Shown here one piece after another: positions 1 to 10,290 of a stretch of 64,000 nt of DNA (its first letter is position 1; every line of letters starts with the position of its first letter). The DNA is from Negaprion brevirostris (lineage: Eukaryota), in assembly GCA_030324005.1 (NCBI GenBank), contig JARDVH010000124.1, positions 19,961,292 to 20,025,291 on the forward strand, in the 5' to 3' direction. The notes under the pieces are model-generated. The model searched no databases. It saw nothing but the letters and a program-made list of their open reading frames with translations, and was not told the origin of the DNA. A program made the position numbers and the translations under genes.

Positions 1-118
1 GCACCTGGAGGAAACCCATGCAGACATAGGGAGAACGTGCAAACTCTATACAGACAGTGACCCAAGCCGGGATTCAAACCCGGGTCCCTGACGCTGTGTA
101 GCAGCAGTGCTAACCACA
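1..118 (-). mobile_element. V-SINE (HE1-like) 5' part: tRNA-derived head and V-domain
   Basis: Reverse complement reads GTGGTTAGCACTGCTGC (A-box-like)...GGGTTTGAATCCC (B-box-like)...TTTGCACGTTCTCCC...GGGTTTCCTCC; matches the other copies in this window. Confidence 0.85.
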
Positions 119-119
119 G

Positions 120-816
120 TTACTATCCAGGAGCAGAAAGGATCCAAACATGTATGTGACAATTACCAAGGAATAATTGTTTTCTCAATCACTTAGATAA
201 TCCTTATCAGGATTCTATTAAACTGTCAACTAGACAGTGCAAAAGTGGAATCTCATGTGCTTCCCACAATACTTATTTTCTATAACAGTCACCATGGTTA
301 TAGAAAGTAAGTATTATGGGAAGTATATGAGGTTCCATTTAAGGATAAGGAAAACTCAAGCAAAAATACAAAAACACTTCTTTTGGCCTGGACTGCTTAA
401 GAATGTGGTTGAATTTTGCTGTACATGCCACACATCAAGTAATAGGAAAACCTCAAGCGGTAAATAATCAGCATTTGTAATACCTATTCCAGCATTTGTG
501 ACATCACGCCGCTTTAAGCACAAACATGTCCCACACAGGTCATCATGCAGGAGGCACAGGGTTTTGACAAATAGGTTCAGACATCCTAGCCTGGAGAGCA
601 AATGCCATAAACCAGGTTGACACATACACTGTCAGAAGCTTCAGTTAGGTCTCTGAACAGCATATATAGGTCCTGGTGTTACGTTCTGCACTTTTGCACT
701 GTCTAGTAGACAGTTTAATCGAATTCTGATAAGGATTATCCATGTGATTGAGAAAGCAATTATTCCTTGGTAATTGTCACATCCATGTTTGGATCCTTTC
801 TGCTCCCAGACAGTAA
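120..816. repeat. 128-bp inverted repeat pair (120-247 and 689-816)
   Basis: Manual alignment of 120-247 to the reverse complement of 689-816 gives no indels and 10 mismatches in 128 (~92%). Confidence 0.95.
330..498 (+). mobile_element. Gypsy/Ty3 integrase zinc-binding (HHCC) region remnant
   Basis: Translation HLRIRKTQAKIQKHFFWPGLLKNVVEFCCTCHT, then frameshifted VIGKPQA...IPIPAF; fits the H-x-G..KT...FxWP..V..C..C integrase motif. Confidence 0.8.
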
Positions 817-2429
817 TTATGGTGGCATCCTTAAGGTACTGTGGAACTTTGTCCTGATTCCAAAGTAGCCTTGAAGATAGCTATGAATGTGTTAAGAAAT
901 TCTGTACTATTTTTATCATACTTTATCACAATATCTGAAAGCATTTCATACAATAAATTATTTCTGAGGTGACATGAGTTAGTTTAATGCTGTTTAAGTA
1001 GATTGCCTGAAGTCGCTGGAGATGCAAGAGTATACAAGACATAACTCCTGTTTGATTTTAATTAATTAATTTGACTTAAGCCATTGAATTATATACAGAA
1101 TAAAGCCAGATAAAACCAGTCCAGCTAGGTTTTGTTTTCATTAAGTGCTTTCACGGTATGACAAATGGCCTCCTGCATTGTGTCAGCATCTTCAACTGAT
1201 TATGTTCTGTTCAACGATGGCTGGCACTTCATTCAAATTTGGAAACAAAAACTGGGTCAGGTTATGCTCAACGTGTTGGGACATGAGGCCATGGGATGAA
1301 AATACAAAAATATTCAATAAACAGCATCTCCTCACTTTGTAACTAACAGTGTGAACCATGCAAACATTTTTTTAAAATCTGCGGCAAAACGCTATTTTTC
1401 TCAGCCTCTCGCATGAATAAAAATTAATAAATCTCCCTGAAAGCAATTATTCTACATTTCTCCTAGTTTTGAGACAGTATATAGGCACTGGGCAGAGCTG
1501 ACAGTAAAGAGTTAAATGATAACTTACTCCCATATAGATGCAGTAAGAGAATTAAATAAGTAACTAAGACTTTAAATCAGATAAGCTGGTATTCTAAATG
1601 TATTTCAAGTACTTTACTGTGATTGTACACTTTTACCAATGCAAGCTACCAAAAGGTGTGATGGGAAAAGTAAAAAGTTTAGAGCTAAAGGCCTGGGAAC
1701 CCTTTAGCTAGCAGAACTCATAACTGGAAGATTCTTATGAGGGAACACATTTTGCAAAAATAATGAAAAGGTTCAGTCACTGCCCAGATACAGAATAGAT
1801 ATGACCATGGACGCAGGAACACATGTCTATTCAGCTTGGCAGTGAACCAGTGAGAACATCCATTTTGACCCTTATGGTAGTGTCCATCATAACCAGGCAA
1901 CAGGGAAGTAGCTTTAGCCAAGAAGGGAGTTAACATCTGGTTTTATTGGCGAATGAAATACCATCATGCTGGTAAGTACAAGGCAGTTGGCTGAGGGACT
2001 TGACAGAGGTTTATATTGATGTGTGTGTACTAAGTTAAGTATTAATTTAATTGAGGGTTTGATATCTGATAAATATATAACTTCTGTATTTTACTGATAA
2101 CTTCAGAACTTCTCTGACAGGTTCGCATATTCTGTATGTGACCATCGAGACAACTTTTCTCATTGATCTCTGGTTTTAATAAAAGTTCTACCTTTTGTAC
2201 TGAGACGCAGACTTGAGTCTAATTGCCACCTTGTCGAAAACACCATTAAACACCCCCAAATCATTGTTCACAATGCATTTTGTGTAGATGTGATTTTTCT
2301 GCTGATTGTATTGTATTTAATATTATTACAGAAGACTCAAACGGGAACTGGATAATTATCTGAAGAGAAAATATTCAAATTTCTATGGGGAGAACTTAGA
2401 GGAGTGGAACTAGCTGAGTGATATTTAGT

Positions 2430-2960
2430 TGTGGAACAATACTGTATCTTGAAGGAATGTATTTTGTGTCATGTTTCTCCTGAAGGGACTGTTTTATACT
2501 TCAACTCTGATTAAGGGTGCTGTCTACAGCCAACGGCTCACATGTTGAGCACACTGAAGGTTAATGGTTCCTAATTATTGGTGTCTGTTTGTTTTAATCT
2601 GGGATAAGTCAGTTTTGTTATGGTAGGGTTGTCTCCTGGGGTTTTCAGAGTAGGGTTTGATTAGGTTGATTGACAAGAAGAAAATCATATTGGGTGGTGC
2701 TAGGTTTATAGTGAGAAAAGACAGGCAGTTATAGTTTTCTTCTCTCTCACTTTCGCTTATTGGAAATTGAAGTCTGGGGACCTGATAGAAAATAGGGCTC
2801 TCTCTCCAGCGGTCTACAAAAAGCAGAAGGTGCTTTATCCTTCTTTCTCTCACCGGAGTTCTGTTGTGTGAATACAGGTTTTCCTCTGGAGACTGCTGTT
2901 TAAGAGTCAGATGACAGGTGTATCTCTGCCCAGAGGGATTAAAAGGCTAGAGGACTGGGA
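2430..2960 (+). mobile_element. Partial LTR, Gypsy-like; related to the LTR at 39943-40746
   Basis: Shares GATTAGGTT(G/A)ATTGA(C/T)AAGAA(G/A)AAA and further blocks with 40137-40390; follows a CR1 tail remnant at ~2325-2425. Confidence 0.55.
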
Positions 2961-3234
2961 ATTCACATAATGAGGGCAATTCTCCCAAAAGTGTTGAATT
3001 GGAAGGAGAACTGTTCTAGATCACCACTTTGTGCACTGCAGAGGTCCCAATCATGAATCTCATTAAAAACCCANNNNNNNNNNNNNNNNNNNNNNNNNNN
3101 NNNNNNNNNNNNNNNNNNNNNNNNNNNNNNNNNNNNNNNNNNNNNNNNNNNNNNNNNNNNNNNNNNNNNNNNNGGATATTGCTTCAATTGGAACTAACAT
3201 AACTAGCTAGCAGTTAAGAATTATACCTTGTCAT

Positions 3235-3435
3235 TGTTTCAGCATTTCAATCGGTATTCACACTCATTGGGTCAAAATCCTGGAGCCGCTCTCTAATGAC
3301 ATTGTGGGTCCACCCACAGCACGTGGACTGTAAAATTTCAAGAAGGCAGTTCACCACCACATTCACATAGGTAATAAGGGATGGGCAATAAATGCTGGCC
3401 AACCAGCAACACCCATTTCCCATGAATGAATAAAA
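3235..3435 (+). mobile_element. 3' end of a LINE of the 'GGGCAATAAATGCTGG'-tail family (CR1 group)
   Basis: Same tail as 21600-21740, 24600-24790 and 8455-8715(-): TCAAAATCCTGG...GGATGGGCAATAAATGCTGGCC...CCATGAATGAATAAAA. Confidence 0.75.
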
Positions 3436-3871
3436 CAAAATCTACCTGCCAAAGACAAGGGTCAAGGCAAAAGCTATTGATGCAGACTTTTGCCACCTGC
3501 AAGAATGCCAGAGTGGACTTGAAGCATAGGAACACCATTAGCGGTAGTTGGTACTGTAATCGTAGCCAACAATCATTATATTCCTGGCTAGAAATGCAGT
3601 ATCAATTAATGTGCTTCATTACATAGGCGTTCGATGCATCAGCAGCATAGTCAGCACTTTTACCTTCTCTCTCATGGTGTAGAATTCAACAGTTGCCAAA
3701 TTCCACTGCACTCGTCCACTTGTGAAAGTAAACTTGGCTGCTCATAACTGTAACTTGTTCTAAACTGAAGTCCATCCTTAATAACAGAAAGTGATTAAAT
3801 TTATGATATTTTGATATGTGAAGCCATGGGAGATATCTGGATTGCATCTTGTCTGTGAGCTTGGGTTATAG

Positions 3872-4415
3872 AGAACATAGAAAAACTACAGCACAAACTG
3901 GCCCTTCAGCCCACAAGTTGCGCTGGTCATATCCCTATCTACTAGGCCTACCTATAACCCTCAATCCTATTAAATCCCATGTACTCATCCAGAAGTCTCT
4001 TAAGAGACCCTAACAAATTCGCCTCCATCACCACCAACGGCAGCCGATTCCACTCACCCACCACCGTGAGTGAAAAACTTACCCCTGACATCTCCTCTGT
4101 ACCTACTTCCCAGCACCTTAAACTTGTGTCCTCTCATAGCGACCATTTCAACCCTGGGAAATAGCCTCTGAGAATCCACCCGATCTATACCTCTTAACAT
4201 CTTATAAACCTCTATCAGGTCACCTCTCNNNNNNNNNNNNNNNNNNNNNNNNNNNNNNNNNNNNNNNNNNNNNNNNNNNNNNNNNNNNNNNNNNNNNNNN
4301 NNNNNNNNNNNNNNNNNNNNNNNNNNNNNNNNNNNNNNNNNNNNNCTTCTACATCTTTCTTGTAATGAGGAGCTTCCACATCTTTATTGTAATGAGGCAT
4401 GTAATGAGGCATTAT
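3872..4415 (-). mobile_element. 5'-truncated CR1 LINE 3' end (contains a gap)
   Basis: (CATAGAA)-type tail at 3872; minus-strand peptide PHYKKDVE resembles the CR1 ORF2 C-terminal SPHYRKDV motif. Confidence 0.8.
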
Positions 4416-6534
4416 GGACATGCTTGGGATACAAGTATTGGTCTAATGATGCACGTGGGTGTGACATGGACACACAATGAACACACTGCCATGGAATCTT
4501 GGCTGTTCTATTCTATGGCGTACCTCTGGATACAATGAACTTCTCCAGTGTCTGTTTCTATATTCTACAAGTATTTCACAATACAACAAGCCCAGCCACC
4601 AATTTCAAGACATTACACTGTAGTTCCGATAGGAATAACTCCACAACTCGTGCAACAACAGATCCAATTGATATGCCCTCAAGCAAGCATTGTGGTAGCA
4701 TTGCTTCTTTCTTGTCTACCATTTCATGACTGCACTTGGATTTTTTTTCCTTTTATCCACAGCTGGTAATTGTTTCTAGGCGAAGATTTTACAATAGCCA
4801 AAAACATTTCAAGATTATTACTGAATCTTTAAAATGCCTCTTGCACTTTTTTCTTTTTTTTAAAGGTGGGATTTAAAAGAAAAGTAGAGACATTCCTTTA
4901 GTTGTGATTTGCAGTCCTTTGCAAAGTTCAAGCTCTGCCAAGTGTGTATGCTCATGATATTCATAAACAGTGTTTGCAGCATCTGGCAAGGCCTAATCAT
5001 CATTTAGTTAGTGACACAATTTAGATTTTGCACAGCAGTCAAATTGGCACTTTAGCCAGGATCACCAAACTGGCACTATAGTTCCAACAATCTTCTGATA
5101 TCTCAATCAGTAAAAAAATTATTGCACATGAACTGGATAGTCAATCAACAACCACAAACATATATATCTATAAATATGCCCTTTTAAAGACAGAAAGAAA
5201 CTACTGAATAAGATCAGCAGGAGGAGCTTATTTTCATTTTTCAGTCAGAAGTATGGTCACTGGCACACTACCTGAGATCAATTTATTCAGCACAAGTAAT
5301 AGATAAGTTCTGCACTGGTAACTTTCTGATCTGCATGGCTCAGCTACTATGAAATATACTGACCGTCTCAGTCAGTGATTTTCTTTTTGCAATCATTTTA
5401 ATTCTACTAAATGTGTTAACCTGTTGACATTGTCTGCATATTTGTAAGATCTAGTTCATGATGAAACTGCAGTCAGAAACAGAAATAGAAATTTTTCAGT
5501 TATCCTGAGCCTGTAATATAGTGTTGCTCCTTATTCACTCATTTTAATGGGGTATTTTAATAAGAAAAAAATGTACACAAAAATACATTAAGTTCTCAAA
5601 TGCAAAAACCACAAACATGCAACCACAGATGCTGCCCAACCTGCTGACTATTTCCATGCATTTATTATTTTCTATTTACTTCAGTCTTTTTAAATTAGCA
5701 TGAATTGCATTAAGTTTATTCTCAGTCTTCCAAAGCTTAATTGAATAACTGCTGCAACACAGAAATTCTGCTTATAAATGGTTCCAAAACAGAAATTATC
5801 CTGTGCAAACATTGTACCAAGTCTGGTATTTAATTGGGCATTTAATTATTTATCTTTTTAAACAGGTTATGAAAAAACAGATTGTGTACATTTAAAAGAG
5901 TAGCAATTAAAAGTTGCTTGACTATACTGGATAGAGACACTTCCAATTGCCTGCTGGTTAGTTTTAAATGCTCGACAAGAGTCAGGCTGTCATACATCTC
6001 ATTGTTATATATCATCGTTAACATGTACACAATCTTGAAATTTACGAAACCTTGCAAGGTCAGGAATATACATTAAAATTATCCTCAACGAACCAATTTA
6101 TGACAATTCAATTAAGCTTATCTAGTCACCAACAGAATGTATAATAGCTATAACAAGTAATAAACATAATTGAATATTTTAATAAGAAATATAACAGAAT
6201 ATGGCTTCATGGCATAAAAGTATTGGCATAATCCAAATAGTATACAAATCATGATTGAGTTGGCACACACAAAACATATTATTGTAATTCCCATTATTAG
6301 ATTATGATAGGAGTGCATACTATTAACACAAAAACCTTTAGCATAATAAAAAGTCATTATTTTCTGTTTTTATCTCAGTCTTATTTAAAGTGAGGCTCTA
6401 ATTGATGACAAACTGAACTGCCTGAATTCATTAATGATGCTACTATTATCTAAGCAGGTAATAGCAAACAACATCACTCAAGTTGCACAATGTTTATCGA
6501 CACACTTCCCTCTTTCTTTAAAGACAGAATGGTA

Positions 6535-6615
6535 ATCAGAAGGAGAAGGCATGCCTGCATGGTTTCAACCCAAATGGAAAATGCAGTGCTAGCCATTGTG
6601 GGGGAAGGGACATTG
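6535..6615 (+). mobile_element. Possible Harbinger Myb/SANT-like protein remnant
   Basis: Frameshifted peptide KACLH/VSTQMENAVLAIVG recalls the segment after the TGGG motif of Harbinger DNA-binding proteins; short and weak. Confidence 0.25.
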
Positions 6616-7279
6616 CTGAGAACCCCTCTTCTCATCCTTCTCCCCTCTCTCCCAGCAGCATGGTTTTGTTTTATTCTCCCAGTCATGCTCAATGCCAAGA
6701 GGAAGTCCTCATGGCTACACATGTCTGAAAGCAATTAGTTTGTCCAGAAATATTGAAGTTACCATATAATCACGACCAACCAGATCACTCTCTCTGGACG
6801 ACTGAAACTTTTAAGAATGATAAAGCAGTCTAAACACGTCAAATTGCAGCAACAGCCAGAAGAAATCAACCAGCAACCAAACCTTGATGATGCACTTAAA
6901 TTACATCAGTGACAAGAGGCAGTAATTCTTCATGCTGTTGAACAGGTGTTCAGCAGTACAAAGTTAAGGGAGGGAAAAGACTGATGCTTAGGACTCCAAA
7001 ATAGCAGCACTGGAGTCACATCTGCATGACACACTGCCAGACATCACGATTTACCTGCCCTGCATGCTGCTCGCAGTCATGAGGTGTGGTTGCACGCTAA
7101 CTCCTTTATTAAGATGGTGCCCGGCACACTTTCCATCAGTTGTGTAGTTTATGACACTTTTAAGTTTAAGAGGCCTCACAGTACTCAAAATCTAGAAGCT
7201 ACAGAGATTAATGTGGCCTGTGTTATTTGTTCATTGTTTCACTGCTTTGTGTGGGACCCAGTAATCTGCAAATAGGCTG

Positions 7280-7790
7280 CTGCAAAAAAAATTCCAGACA
7301 TAATTTACTAAGCAAACTTGCTGGATTTATTTGGGATGCTGCGAGACCTCAGCACTTGCCTTGGCATACACTGCAACAGACTACTGTGCACTTGGCAAAC
7401 ATACATTTTGTGGATACTCAACTGAACACAACAACGCGCATCATAACTGGAACACTCCACTTAACGTCCCTCCTCTGACTTCCTGTTCTCTCACACATCA
7501 CTCAACCACACATCTACTCGCTAAAATCTGCATGCTGGTTAAAAGCATCCATGCTGCACCTCATTTGCCATTCCATGTTCAACCCACCGACCTGCCTTCC
7601 GTCTTGACACCCTAGATGAAACAACCTTGCTGAGCAAGATCTACTAGCGGATGTCCTTTGGACTCAGGAATGGGAAATCACTAACGAGTTCCTTGTGACA
7701 AGCCTGTTGAATAGCAGGCATTGAACTACCATAGTGTAAGTTGTCCTTGCTAAATAAGTTCAGAACAGGCCAAGGCCTTTGTGCAGCCAG
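7280..7790 (+). mobile_element. Vingi/Ingi-clade LINE remnant (region C-terminal to the RT)
   Basis: Peptides SRHNLLSKLAGFIWDA / TSALALAYTATDYCA / VDTQLNTTTRIITGTL / LPVLSHI across frameshifts. Confidence 0.6.
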
Positions 7791-7945
7791 CTCCGGTTTC
7801 CTCCCACAATCTGAAAGACGTGCTGGTCAGGTACATTGACCCAAATAAGCACCAGAGTGTGGTGATTAGGGGAATTTCACAGTAACTTCATTGTTCAGTG
7901 TTAGCCTCACTTGTGACTAATAAATAAACTTCAAATAAACTTTAA
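7791..7945 (+). mobile_element. V-SINE 3' part with an alternative tail
   Basis: CTCCGGTTTCCTCCCACA V-domain, then GGGGAATTTCACAGTAACTTCATTG...AATAAATAAACTT. Confidence 0.65.
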
Positions 7946-8279
7946 TTTGAATTGCAGCCTCAAAAGAAGTTATAAAGAGAAAAATTGATGAGATATTTAT
8001 GGAGATTAATTCTTTTTCCCAAAAGAAATATTTAATAAGTTAGCAGATTGATGCATTGTATGTTAATTGTCAGAACCTTATATTATTTCACAAATGCGCC
8101 TCTTTAAGTCTGGTGGATTTTGCATTGGTGGTTACACAGCACAAAGCTTTATGATATAAATACATTCCTAAAGTTAATGACTGATGCAGAACCTGTTAGA
8201 TAGAACAGAAAACAATAGGATATGGGAACAGGCAGACGGTGCTTGTCTAGAGGATTTTATTATACAGACCTTTTTTACG

Positions 8280-8450
8280 CAGTCCAAAAGACATGTGGGC
8301 TAGGTTGATTGGCCATACTAAATTGCCCTTAGTGTCAGCAGGATTAAGAAGATAAATACATGGGCTTTAAGGGATAGGTGGGATTGTTGTTAGTGCAGGC
8401 TCGATAGGCCAAGTGGCGTCCTTCTGAGCTGTAGGGATTTTATGATTTTA
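8280..8450 (+). mobile_element. V-SINE (HE1-like) 3' half
   Basis: CAGTCCAAAAGA..GATTGGCCATACTAAATTGCCCTTAGTGTC...GTAGGGATTTTATGATT tail. Confidence 0.8.
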
Positions 8451-8454
8451 TACG

Positions 8455-8715
8455 ATGTGAGCATCACTGGCTAGGCTAGCAATTATTGACCATCCCTAAT
8501 TGCCCTCGATAAGATGGTGGTGAGTTGCTTTCTTGAACGACTGCAGTCCCTAAGATTTAGGTACATCTACAATACTGCTAGCGGGGGAGTCTCAAGATTT
8601 TGATCCAATGACTGGCAGGGAACGGCAATATATTTCCAAGTCAGGATGGTGAGCGACTTGGAAAGGAGCCTCCAGGTACTGGAGTTCCCAGATGTTTGCT
8701 GCTCTTGTTCTAGGA
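8455..8715 (-). mobile_element. LINE 3' end (same family as 3235-3435)
   Basis: Reverse complement of the GGGCAATTAGGGATG...tail and upstream CCATCCTGACTTGGAAATATATTGCCGTTCC block. Confidence 0.75.
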
Positions 8716-9170
8716 TAAGCACCAACATAGTGGCTGGGCCAAATGGTCCATTTTCCAGTTGGAATTTCTGTGACTGTCTCACTGGCAATTATACAAGTTA
8801 TACATTTGAAAATTGGAATTCTGGCCCGAATTACCTGGGTTCATTGTGTCCAGTGTAGTTGCTGCAAGGTGTTAATTGGGTTTTTCCAGCAGCATTACTT
8901 GTAAGTAGGCTATTTGGCTGTTCAATTAAAACATTCTGCCTGATTGAAATCTTGGAAATTAAAGTAAAGAAAGAGGTGGATTAATGCTGTGCTGACGAAG
9001 TTGGAACAGGACATAGTTATGATTTTTCTTATGGTACTATGTCATTGATGGATAGCTATATATAACAAACAGTTCTTCTTTATGGCTTTATATTTAGTTG
9101 CTGTTCAGTTAGCCTAAAGTCATTAGGGGCATAACCCTGTTTAGAATACTGAGAGTCAATAAATACTCAA

Positions 9171-9515
9171 GGAGTCTTGTGGTGCAGTGGGTAGCATCCC
9201 TGCCTCTGAACCAGCAACTCTGAATTTGAATCCTGGATTCATGGACATGCAAGGTGTGTTCATAACATGGCCAAACAGGATGACTATCAACCTGTAAATT
9301 CTTCCAATGCCCCTATGACAGGCACAGTAAGAAGCCTCACCACACCAGTTTAAAATCCAGTTTATTTGGTATCATGATCTTTCGGAACACAGCTCCTTCA
9401 TTAGGTGGGTGATGACAGGCAGTAAGAGTGAAGTGCTTGACATACTGTGGCATCCCTCAAACTACAGTCTCTGGTGATAGGCTAATGACCTGTTGCAGGA
9501 AAAGCTGATTATGAT
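9171..9515 (+). mobile_element. tRNA-derived SINE interrupted by a Penelope fragment
   Basis: GTGGTGCAGTGGGTAGC A-box-like head and degenerate B-box TTTGAATCC; the body resumes after 9411. Confidence 0.55.
9325..9411 (-). mobile_element. Penelope-like 3' terminal fragment with 10-bp TSD
   Basis: Reverse complement aligns to 51890-51977; ATGACAGGCA occurs at 9315-9324 and 9412-9421. Confidence 0.75.
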
Positions 9516-9623
9516 TAAGCATGTCCTTGTGTGCCTAATCCACCATTAGAGGTGAGAAGAAAAAAGTAGTTCAAACCTGAATTTAATACCTTTCTCATTA
9601 TCAGGTCATCAATCAATAAATAA

Positions 9624-9970
9624 GGGAGGTGATGGCTTTGTATTATTGCTGGACTATTAATCCAGAAACTCAGCTGATGTTCTGGGGATCCTGGTTCAAA
9701 TCCTGCCACAGCTAATGGTGGAATTTGAAATCAATAAAAAAAAAAGTCTGGAATTAAGAATCTACTTATGTTCATGAAACCATTGTTGATTGTCGGAAAA
9801 ACCCATCCAGTCCACTAATGTCCTTTAGGGAAGGAAATCGTCCGTCCTTACCTAATCTGACCTACATGTGACACCACAGCCACAACAAAGTGGTTGACTC
9901 TCAACTACCCTCCAAGGGCAACCAAGGATAGACAATAAATGCTGGCCAGCCAGCAAACCTCTGAAAAAAA
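9624..9970 (+). mobile_element. tRNA-head SINE with 'GGCAATAAATGCTGG' LINE tail
   Basis: GGGAGGTGATGGC head, GGTTCAAATCC B-box; colinear with 38883-39222. Confidence 0.8.
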
Positions 9971-10074
9971 ATTTTTTGGACTATTACCTTTGCTGCATCT
10001 AGTCAAACTCAACAATCAATTTATGCATCCCAGCATTGCAAAAAACAACAGTAAATGAGATAAGCATGGGAGCT

Positions 10075-10290
10075 AGAGATAACTTAAGGAAATGGTTTGA
10101 TAATTAGTTGGTAAGTAGGACATAGAGAGCTGAGGTAAAACCATTTTGTGGAATCTGACAGACGATATTCTGCAGGAATCTGCACTGGGGCCTCAGGTCT
10201 TTGCCATATGTACCAATGACTTGGATGATGGAACAGGGTTGTATAACAAAGTTTGCTGATGACATTAAGTAGGAGGAACAGTAAATTGTA
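10075..10290 (+). mobile_element. CR1 reverse transcriptase remnant
   Basis: Decayed (P)Q(G)S(V)LGP and KFADD (AAGTTTGCTGATGAC) motifs. Confidence 0.75.

Noticed and set aside
1470-2275. Possible additional solo LTR (AATAAA at ~2178)
   Set aside because: No defensible termini or TSD, and no second copy in the window.
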